Source: Octopus sinensis (Eukaryota). Taken from it: a stretch of DNA of 64,000 nt. The notes beneath the pieces were generated by a model that did not search any database, had not been told where the DNA came from, and saw only the letters and a program-made list of their open reading frames with translations. The stretch spans positions 105,400,001-105,464,000 of the forward strand of contig NC_042999.1 of the NCBI RefSeq assembly GCF_006345805.1, written 5' to 3'. Position 1 is the first letter of the stretch, and each line of letters opens with the position of its first letter. The translations under genes were made by a program, and so were the position numbers. Positions 52,739 to 64,000 of this stretch are shown here, piece after piece.

Positions 52739-55514
52739 GCCAGATTGAGGGTTGCATGGATTTCGGGGTAGTTCTTCACTCAGTATCTGACACTGCAAGC
52801 TAGAGGTGAGACGGACTGTCTTGCTATAGATTTCTCCTACTATATTTCAGTAAGCTTACTGTTACCGTAGTATGCAAGCAGACACACAAACACGTATATG
52901 TTTATATATGTCAGTGCATTTGTACATTTGTGAACGTAATTATGATTTGTAAATCTATAAGCAGTGGCCGATACGTGTTCTCTCCTATTTGTGACTATTT
53001 TTATTTACAAAATCCTATGTCACATGAACACCCATTTACTAAATAAACGCCTTTGGGTTAATTAACGAACGAATTATTCTGATCGGAATTATTGACTAAT
53101 AACCTTGAGCTATTGAGTTCAAAGTCAGCTTCAACATCTGTAGGCTGCAGATTAATATGTAGGAAATAATATGATAATTACGGAATTCAGTATAACTTTT
53201 ACTTTATAAGCTGGATACATCAAAAATATTTACATTATACCAAGTAAAAAAAAATCAAAGTAAAATCTTTATACAAGGCAGTATTTCCATTTGACCTAAA
53301 AAGTAGCCATTTCTCCCATAAAATACACAATGCCTTTAGAACAAAAAATGTTGGCCAACGAATAATTTGTAGTATTGAAAAAACATAATGGCATCACTGC
53401 TAAACTCAAAGTTGACTTGGGTTTAAAGAACAAGTTTAGTAATTTCAGTTACCTTTCTTTTTCTCAATGGACTACATATATTCACTCCGTATATTGAGTA
53501 TAAATATCCATTCAAGATTGGAAATAAAAACCCAACCTCATGTTTAGTAGTACTATAAATGTAATATGTTTAATTACATTCTAATAGAATGTAGTTCGAT
53601 ATTCATCTAGTAACTTGTGTGAAAGCATTGGGGAAAAGAAATATAAGCCATATATTAACCACTTGAAGAGTTGCTTTAGTAGAGAATAAATTCTAAACTC
53701 TATAGATAGAGAATTTAAAGCGAAATATTCCAGTGTTGTGTGCATTGGCAGCTTGAAAATTGATAATTCATTGTATATGTTAAGTTGCTCCTATTGATAA
53801 TGAAAATGTAAAAAAATATTGGGAACAAAATAAATTAATATAAAGATTTATAAACTAAACAACATAATTGTTTTTATCTATTCACTCTTTATAGTACGAA
53901 GAAACTATGATGGGATAAATGATAATCTAACAGATATAAGACATGTACAAATTACTCTAGTATAATACGACGCTCATTATCGAAATAGATATGCAGATAG
54001 TTCACTAAACTCAAAACTAAGAAAACATTTGGACAGATAGAGAGCATTAAGAATATATATCTTTAATGTTCCTCATTACTACTTAAATCTGATTTTCAAT
54101 TTGCTTTTGTTTTTTTTTCTTTTGAAAAATTTTAATGTAGCATCCAATGTATCACGAATTATACCTACATGTATAAAACCTTACTCCTAAACGCTCAAAC
54201 AATCACAGCCGTTGTGTACACATTGTTTATATAGCAAACACCTTAAAATATATCAAAATGTATTTGTACACCAGACATTCTGTAATGTATATTTGACATT
54301 GTAATAGAATTCGTTTGGTAATGTTAAACTCACGCTTAAATTAAAATTTCAGCCAACATATAGTAATAGGTACAAGATAGTTATTTATAAAGTTATATTC
54401 TCAGTGTCGATCATTATAGTTGTTACAGAGAAAGTATTTATCGGCCGAATCATATAAATATTTGGACATAATTCATACTTTTATAACTTTGCCCTTTCAC
54501 GTGTTTTTATAGCGTTCAATATATCTATCATGTTTAAGTACTCAGTCAGTTGTTTAATTTTATACGTATATCCCGCCTTTAGCTTCATTGCTGTTGTTTC
54601 TCTCATTTTAAGCTTACTAAACATTTGCCAGTATTTTGGACATCATTATCCTCTCTTTTGATTATACTGCTGAGATGTCTAACTTGATTCTATCTAAGTA
54701 CTGAGTGCATTTTACTTCTACTTTCTACACTTTCTCAAAGATATAATCTTCTCACCTGCATCAAAACATTTGTTATCTGCCATACACAAAGCATTGTTTT
54801 CTTTATCTTTCCAAATTTCACAACAATTTACAGAAAAGTACCAATATCGGTGGAATTGTACCCATGGACACAATTTTTTGGTTAAATGTTAAGCATAAGT
54901 TTCATATGCAGGAACACATGCACTCAATTACCGCCACATAGTTTCATGATTTTCTCATAATGAAGCAATGGTGACATCTTATCATAGTTGTGTGACACGA
55001 ACTTCCATCACACGCATACATATTTTCCCACTTAAACGTATTTATTTGCATACAATGGCTTGAGGAAATACACAGATTATGTATAATAAAATCAAGTGGA
55101 TGTCAAACTATTCGAAAATCTAAATAACAAATATGAAAATGACTCTCATTTTTGGGAAACATATAGGTATTAAAGTATATGAAAGGCTAATAAATTAGCA
55201 TATAAAATAAATTGACTATTTCATTGTATACCATTTAAGCAACAGATATTTAATGCCTACAAAATATTTCACTAACAGTTATTACAACAATTAAGGAGGA
55301 AACTTTTCACCTTCTTCCATTAAACAAATAATTGGCACCATCTTTCTAAAAAAAAGTTTTAAAATTATCATCAATCAATAATGCATCTGTGAGAGACTAT
55401 TCCAAAAAATGTTCATATTTTAAATAGAAAAAATGGGAAATGAAACAAATAAATCATTATACTTTATAGAGGAAAAAATTGATATCGAGATATGTATATA
55501 TGTATGCAAGTATG

Positions 55515-55572
<58 letters not shown>

Positions 55573-55588
55573 ATATATACATATATGC

Positions 55589-55620
<32 letters not shown>

Positions 55621-55677
55621 CATATACACACATATACATTACATACAATACATACATACACATAAATACATATATGT

Positions 55678-55786
<109 letters not shown>

Positions 55787-55984
55787 ATATGCTTGTGTGT
55801 GTGTGCTTCTGAGTGTAAGCGTCTAATTGATAGTGATAGAAATATTATTTGGAAATTATATATATAATTTTAAAAATCTATATAAATCTATATTGCTCTC
55901 CGCTATTCGTATTATGTGCATAATTGGTTTCAATATAATTAATTATTTCACAGAATTATTCTTATTATATGGTGAATCGTATGG

Positions 55985-56155
55985 TATGCTGGCAGAGACA
56001 CCTGGAAAAATGCTTCGCGGCATTTCACCCATCTTTTGCCCTTCATACTTTCGGGTACAATGAATTAAGTACCAGTCAAACAGTGGGGTCCATATAATCG
56101 ACTGGTCCCCTCCATCATAAATTTTAGCCTTGTGCCTTTAGTAGAAAGGATTTTA
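55985..56155 (+). mobile_element. SINE family B, diverged copy ending in (TTA)-rich tail
   Basis: GCTGGCAGA, AAATGCTTCGCGGCATTTC, TTTGCCCTTCATACTTTCGGG, AAGTACCAGT and ATAATCGACT match 18182-18762. Confidence 0.7.
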
Positions 56156-59100
56156 ATTATTATTAGTATTATTATCCTCATCATTATTGTTATTATCATT
56201 TTTATTGTTGTTTTTCTATATTAATTATTATTGTTGCTGTTGTTTTGCGGTAGTTGAACGTGTTTCAGGAGCTCGGTACTTTTGGCTCACATTATTTTCA
56301 GAGGCGTGTATTTGTTAATTTTATTGTTAAGCCAACCAAAACTGTAATGGACTAGCTGACTACTCATTTTCCTATTCATTTTACTGTACAAAATACTAAG
56401 AAGGATATTTTAAATATTTATAAAACGGCTCCCACACTGCTGTTTTTCCCTTGCAAGCTAACAATATAGCAGGCTGGCAGGGGATTTGCGGCTGAGACTG
56501 ATGTTTTGGCAGCTCCCATTACATGACACAAGAGCAGTACTATAGCAATAGCATCAGTATCATGGACAAGAGTATCATAGCACTAACCATAACAGAAGAT
56601 ACAGCTGCAAAAATGATTACAGCAAATGCACAAGCGATAGCAACAATAACAGCAGTAACAGAAACTTTAAGAGCAGTGTCGATGAGTCCAACAGAATACC
56701 AAAATCACTCCGCGTCAAAGGACAGTATTGCCACAGCTATCCCCCTAGTAGCAACAAACTATAACGGCAATAATGAAGAGTCTGTCATCACACCAGTTAC
56801 ATATAATAATGGCACCATCTATAAGAAATAAGGTAACAGCAAGAACGGCTGTAGAAACAACTGCCAAGACTAAAATGTAATGTTATCAATAAACATGTGA
56901 TGTTGAAACAAATGCATCAACTCTTGTAATCCGTAGGTATATACAAAAAAACAGAATATACCTTGACAGATTTTAAACACTCATTGTTAAAACATCACTA
57001 ACGTCCTCAATTAGTTGAGGACGTTGAAGGAGATTAACTGTCCTATTTTCTGGAAATAACGAGAATGTATACATTGACAGACAAGGCAAGACTTTTAGAG
57101 GGTGAGCGAAGTAGTATTCCAGGATATGTTTACTGTATCATCTGCTCTTTTACACTAGCTTTATGAAATTTCACTTTTTTCACCCCCAAATTGTTAAGCT
57201 AACAGATCGTTTTGTATCAGCTTGATTCGAAATAGAGCTGAACTTTAGGACGCTTGTTTAACGATCTTATGTAACAAGTTTAGATGTATAGTTTAATGCA
57301 ATCACTTGCATAATATTTAGAAAATTACGTCGTGCGTACATTTTTCAACCGGAGAGGACTGAGTTTGTATAAATGTTGTTTTCGAAAGCCTGAATCTGAA
57401 CATTTCTAAAACCAAATGGAAATTCAATGATCCAGAACATCATATATATTGGTAGGAATAATTTTCCAGTAATAACAATTTTCCCCTTAAAAAGAACAAA
57501 ACGGCCAGAATTTGTAATACCTGTAAATATGTTGTTTGCAATATGGCAGTCATTAGCACTGGCTAACAAACATTCGCTACGGCTGTGTTGGAATATGTGA
57601 TAAATTAGTGACTTACTCAAGCCTTACAATCCTAATGAAGAGTTTCCAGCTATGGTATATACTTGCCTATGTTAGAAACGCTCATCTACACTAGTGGATT
57701 GGCAGAATCATTGGGATGCCCTACAAAATCATTAGCGGTATTTGCCCCAGCTCTTTACGCTCCCATTTCAAGAACACGCTACACCCATGTTAAATTTGTT
57801 GTACATATTTTCTGATTGAGATATAAAATACTAGATAGTGCTGGGAGCGATTTCATTGTCAAACACCCGTTCATAATTTACGATATTGTCGCCATGTTAG
57901 AACAGAATTGAAACTGTTCGTATTTTCAATAGCTACAAGTAAATACTTCCTATAGTGTCAGGTGAAACATGCATTGTAAAACTGCATATACTATTAGCAT
58001 TTAGGCGCAGAAAAGAGATGGAGGTAATATGTTCTATTAAACATCTGGTTTAAAGGGATTTGCCCCAGTGTTTCTGGTTTTATTTTAGATATTCATAGAC
58101 AGTTTCAGTGTCGTGTGTTGCGTAATGGTATTATATGATACCTGTAAGATAATGGAGAACGTTTTGTCAGTGACGTATTGAATTTAATGTACGTTGTTTA
58201 GAAGGCAAATGTTTAAGTTTGAGTGAAGAGTAGGAATCATTGGTTTATGTGTGTATTTCATTTTTTTTATGTTCAACATCTCATTATAATTTCCAGAGAA
58301 GCAATTTATATTCCTACCTTTAAACTTAAGGTTCCGTATCCAATTTATTTCTGTTTCAGAACACTTTTTTTGTTTTTTACTTTCATGCCATTTTGATTTT
58401 TACACAGCAATATTTCTTGATGGAAGAAATGTCATGTCACTGAGACCTCCGAACTCTTCGCTAGTTGTTCGATATATTACTGACATAGTCCTACCATCAC
58501 ATTCACACGATGAATAATCAGTTATATCTGTTATCTTTTTGTTTCAATTAATAGAATAGTTTACTACATACTCTGTATTTCGTTTTACTTTTCTTCTCGA
58601 ATCTTCTCTGATCACTATTTTATATAAACTATTTCACCATTAGATGTAACTTATTTTTATCGACCTAGTGCAATTTATGTTCCAATAATCAACGCTTTTC
58701 TGATATCTAATTCATTCTCTCTAATAAAAAGCAATGCTCCCAGACCTTTTACTTTCAACATATAATTCCAACTTAAAATATCTATCACATAGGTCATTGG
58801 TAGATCATTCTCTTTCAGACTATATTGACGTCCTTTATTTCCTATTCATTTCCCACAGCCAGATAAAGTTAACTCTTCTGAGGAATTATTTACCTAAAAG
58901 ATTATATATTTATTGCAGAAAATAGTTTTCTTCCCAATAGATATAACAGTGTCTTAAATTTCACTTCAAATTTTAAATGATATTCTTGCGTTGACTGCGA
59001 GCAAGAATTGCTTACCCAATGTTGATATTGAACTCAGAATATAAGATTTTATGGATAAGAAATACATTAAAAGCTATAAACATGTTATGCGACGGCTACT

Positions 59101-59809
59101 GATTTTATTGAGCCTCAAATCATGCAAATGAAATTTGATGCTGACAGGTTTTATATTAAGAAGGAAGAAGAATGAAATCATACTTTCTAAGGCAAATTCT
59201 CATAAATCAAAATAAGATAGGATATACTTTAAATCATATGGACAAGTTCCATGCCTATTTATCTATACATTTTATCGGCATGTAGAAAGCATGCGCATTG
59301 ATGAAAAGGTCAGTTAAAGGACTGGAATTGTAATATTTCTAGAATGTGTTCTGGGGCACCGTGATACAGTAAGACTTGTTGAAAGAAGGAAGGACAAATG
59401 TATCAGGTGGTCCTCAGTGCATCTGTGATTCAATTCAGTATTTCAGAGGAGCCGATACTATTGTAGTAGTGACAGAATAGTGAGGGAAAGGAAAATGTTT
59501 TATCTGTTTGTAACATGTTTGTGAAAGTATATTTTCAAAACGGTCAAAGTGACAGTCATCATTTCAACGCACCCTAAACAGATCTTGTGTTACATAAGTA
59601 GCAACGTTGATTAATCTCGAATTTGTACACCCATAATTAAATCAAAATACCTTTAATCAAATCAATATTAAATTAATAGTACTTCCCTTGTTGTTATGTG
59701 GAGTAATATTTTTTTAGATAAAGTAAATTATATTATGAAGTTTAATCTAGCAAAATAATATTATTATCAAATTATCTTAATGCTTTTATTTCCTGCATGT
59801 TTTATTCAC

Positions 59810-59988
59810 TGGAGTGGCACATAGTCTTGAAAAGCTTCGTCGAACAAATCAAACCTGGTAATTACATTCTTTACCTCTGGTACTCATTCCATTGTTGTTT
59901 TGCTGAACCATTAGAGTATTGGACGTAAACATTGGTTGCAAAGCGATGTTGGAGGGACAAACACAGACACACAAACATATATACAGAT

Positions 59989-60019
<31 letters not shown>

Positions 60020-60034
60020 CACACACATATATAT

Positions 60035-60068
<34 letters not shown>

Positions 60069-60195
60069 ACATATATATATATATATATATATATACATTT
60101 ATATGACAGGATTCTTTCAGTTTCCGTCTACCAAATCTATTCACAAGGCTTTGATTGGCCCGAGGCTATAGTAGAAGACACATACCCAAGGTCCC
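59810..60195 (-). mobile_element. SINE family A, diverged copy
   Basis: AAGCGATGTTGGAGGGACAAACACAGAC, CTTTCAGTTTCCGTCTACCAAATC, CCCGAGGCTATAGTAGAAGACA. Confidence 0.8.
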
Positions 60196-61682
60196 AAGAG
60201 AAAAAAGGAGAGAAAGAAGGAGAGAAAAAAGAAGAGAAGAAAGGAGAGAAAAAAGGACAGAAAAAAAGGAGAGAAAAAACCAGGAGAGAAAAAATGCGTG
60301 TTGGAGCTAACGATCTATCATGACGTCCTATGCATATATATATATATACTTATATACACTTATATACCAAAAAATGTAATACAAAATTATGGAAATCATT
60401 ACAAGTGTTTCTGTGCATACTTTCTCTAACATGTGACCACAGACATGAAAGATCATTTGTAGAATTCAAGAAGAAAAAGATTGGTATTTAAAAATGGATT
60501 AATCCTTTATTTTCTCAAAAATGTAATTATACATCTCTTTTATTATCCTTCCTAGTATGATTATTTTGTTGTTTACCTAAATTATTTTTGTGTGCATAGT
60601 TATTTAGTTAAAAGTGAAATAACTATGGGCTATATCTAATTACCATAATGTAACAATTAATATGTACCTCGAACTGCCAAAATTATGATTATAAGCAGAC
60701 GAATCTAAATCTAAGTATGTAAGCCGACAGGCGTGGCATCCCGCAAAGACAACGAGATGATGACACACCAATTGAACAATAAAGAGATGCAAGAAATACG
60801 TAATTCTTCCAGTCTATCTATTTACGCCATAAAAATCTTAGAATGTTCCTCCATCGTCATAATGTAAAAACAAGTTTATGCTTAATAATGAAGTGACTAA
60901 AGAGTTTGCACGGTTTATATTTTCTGAATTTTTATTTCCATTAATACTTCATGTAGTATTAATTTCATTTGTATCTCTGGGTATTTAATTGCTGCGCTTT
61001 GTGAATAGATTGCTAAAAGCGGCATAAGGGTATGAAATACATGGAGACTAATGATGTTCCAGCAGTGCTCTCGATCCTACTCAAACGAAGACATGCAGGT
61101 GCACAGTTACTGTTGGATCATATTAATGCAATTATATGTCTAAAATTTAGCAATTACCATCTGGTATTGATGCGCAGGAACAATTGAAGTAATTTGGAAT
61201 AAAGCGTGTTCATTCTATCTTCCTGTATTAAAATCGTTTGTATTCATTCTTTGTATACATTTTCGGATTTCCACATGTATAGCCAGTTAACTGAAAGGTT
61301 CTACTCTGTGATAACATATAATAACCGATTCCAGAAAAGAAGCTTTAGAAAGCACGTTATAAGGTCATTAACGAGTTAGTATTTATACACAAACACACAC
61401 ACACACACGCACACAGACACACACACACGTGCGCGCGCACAAACACACACACACACAAACACACCGAAACACAAACACACTCACACACACTTACATACAA
61501 ACACAAACACACGTGCAGCTAGTTGACAGAGTTTCACAAAAGGAAAGTCTAAAGATGACTGTTTTAGAACAACTACACTACTAGAAACAAAATCTAAAGG
61601 CTCTATCATCCATAAAACCTTTCATGGAGTATAGCTCCATGCTCGTAGCTCAGCTGTCCAGAAAGACGCGAACTGTGCCGAC

Positions 61683-61728
61683 CCTTCTAATGATGCTTGG
61701 GTCTTAAGCTGAAACCGTACGGTAAAAA
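61683..61728 (+). ncRNA. Hammerhead-like motif (G5 to A) upstream of (TA)n
   Basis: UU CUAAUGA U-GCUU-GGGUCUU-AAGC-U GAAA CCGUACGG UA AA. Helix III ACCGUACGGU is a perfect 10-nt palindrome. Confidence 0.62.
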
Positions 61729-61821
61729 TATACCACACACGGCCATCTATGGTCAGTGCCGGCATCCAATTAAAGCTGCGTTAACATTGTAGATATTTAG
61801 CTCTTATTTCTAGCGGTGTAC

Positions 61822-61881
<60 letters not shown>

Positions 61882-62503
61882 GTACACGGCTACTAGATAT
61901 ATATATTATATATATATATATATATAACATAGCAGTTTTGTGAAATGAACAGTAGTGTGACAAGTATCTTATCATATATTCATATATCAGGAAATTATAC
62001 CCACCTTATTATGGATTAATTATGGATGGATTCATCGTCTGTGAGTATGAAATATCTCCTTATACCTCCGGTAATTGGACCTACATTATGGATGGATTTA
62101 CCTTTTCTGTGAATCTAACAAGCTTATTTAAAGCCTGTTATAAGACTGTGCATCATTAAAGAACTTTGGAAATCTGCTTACAATCTAAATTTGCTTTTTA
62201 TAGAACTATCTTTGATACTTCATGAGTGTAGCCTCACCCCCTAGGATGCTTGGAGAACTCATATGTGTTTTGGCTGATGAGTACGGGACACTTGTATTTG
62301 CTGCAAACTTTGCAGCTTTTAATAAAGCTGGTTTTCGTATGAAACAATTGTACTGAAAAACTAATCCATTCTTGTTGCTTTTTTCTTGCTTATAATCACC
62401 ACACATTATTTTCTGGTTAATACCATATAGATTTCTGGTGCATCTAAGTTAAGTACCGCATTCATGTGAATACAATAGAACTCACTTGAATCTTAATTGC
62501 TTT

Positions 62504-62571
<68 letters not shown>

Positions 62572-63077
62572 TACACAAACATACATACACACGTATATCT
62601 ATGCGTACATACATCTGGCACATATATATGTATATAAAAATACTTATGTACATATAATTATATGTATGGGTGGTGTATGTATGTGTGAGTACTTCGGCAT
62701 ACAGGCATTCGTGCGTATACGTGTATGGCTACTTAAACAAATATATCTACCAAAACATGTAAATGTAAATTTTCGTTCCAAATTAAGAATGAAATACATA
62801 TGAGAAAAAATAAATTATTCCAATATGTAATTTATATCAATTTAATTTTCTTACTTTCATTAGCTGCTACATTTCATAAATTGTTAATTCTAGCTACTTA
62901 CATTTTGCAAATAGTAATTCATTTATCTAATGTACGTTATTTCTTTGACACTGTTTTTTTTGTTTATGATGCAGGAATAGTTTTGGTTAGATGACTATGG
63001 AAATAATTGTTGGAATTGAATACTGATCTGCACAAATTATCATCACTTCACAACAAGTAAACCTAGGTAATAATCTT

Positions 63078-63440
63078 TATTCAAGTTTCATGAACTCTTC
63101 TATGGAATCGCGTATTTCCAAGCGACACTGTTTTCTGTACCTGCCCTGACTTCACTGTAACTCCTCTCTCTTCAATCCATTTTGCTCTCGTTAGATCTTC
63201 ACTTAAACTTACCATATCCGAACTTATCTTTTTCCTTTTCCAATAGTGTCTCAACACGAGGGCAAAGACTTTCATATTTAAACAGGGTTTTTCCTTCTTC
63301 ATTTATATGCCATACATCCGGCTTTCCTTGTTCAATTTCAACATCACATTGCATTAGTCTATTGCACTGTAACTTTACCTTGGCAATCTTGATAACCGCT
63401 GCCTTTGCTCATATCACGTATTTGCTCTATCCAGGGTATC
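63078..63440 (-). mobile_element. R4/Dong-like RLE fragment abutting (TAA)n
   Basis: MQCDVEIEQGKPDV, EKEKDK and QVQKTVSLGNTRFHRRVHET* parallel the other R4 fragments. Confidence 0.55.
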
Positions 63441-63441
63441 C

Positions 63442-63491
<50 letters not shown>

Positions 63492-63516
63492 TATTATTAT
63501 TATTATTATTATTATT

Positions 63517-63752
63517 CTATGTTTGACTTTTGCTTTATGTCTGTACAAGTTGGCTCCAAGTCTCACCCAGAGACCTCAAGAGACAACAGATTGGAAGTTC
63601 ACGTTGTTGTTATGCCTAGTGTGCCATATATTTGGGGTTTTTTTGTGTGTTGTACTAGTGAATGTCTAATACATAAAAAAATAATTTTTGTTTTAAACCT
63701 TAGGATTACATAGAGAGTATTTTGCGTAGGATATGAACAGTTCCCATGAGCA
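63517..63752 (-). mobile_element. R4/Dong-like extreme 3' end inside (TAA)n
   Basis: IVLMGTVHILRKILSM*, then a 3' UTR (CTTGAGGTCTCTGGGTGAGACTTGGAG). (TAA)n on both sides. Confidence 0.75.
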
Positions 63753-63753
63753 C

Positions 63754-63793
<40 letters not shown>

Positions 63794-63806
63794 TATTATA
63801 ATAATA

Positions 63807-63864
<58 letters not shown>

Positions 63865-63896
63865 TATTATTATTATTATCATCATCATCATCATCA

Positions 63897-63943
<47 letters not shown>

Positions 63944-64000
63944 ACAACAACAAGAAGAAAAATAATATTGGTAATGGTAGTGAGAATAGGAGAGGTAAAA

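Overview
AT-rich, microsatellite-saturated animal genomic DNA. The repeat families resemble those of octopus genomes (inference from recall, not searched). No host protein-coding gene, rRNA, tRNA gene or CRISPR array can be supported, and almost all listed ORFs are translations of (TA)n/(TG)n/(TAA)n repeats. The window is a transposon graveyard: a full-length decayed DD34D mariner, two tRNA-like SINE families, CR1-group, RTE, R4/Dong-like and CRE-like LINE relics, a rearranged Neptune-type Penelope-like element (PLE), a long-TIR element with telomeric repeats and a probable solo LTR. The main hidden signal is non-coding: about 14 type I hammerhead ribozyme (HHR) motifs from about 10 unrelated sequence families. 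Most have a self-complementary helix III (dimer-type), several share a U.U pair at the base of helix II or a U3-A8 core swap, most lie next to (TA)n tracts, and eight are paired in four inverted-repeat structures. All structures were read by eye and no folding or database search was run.
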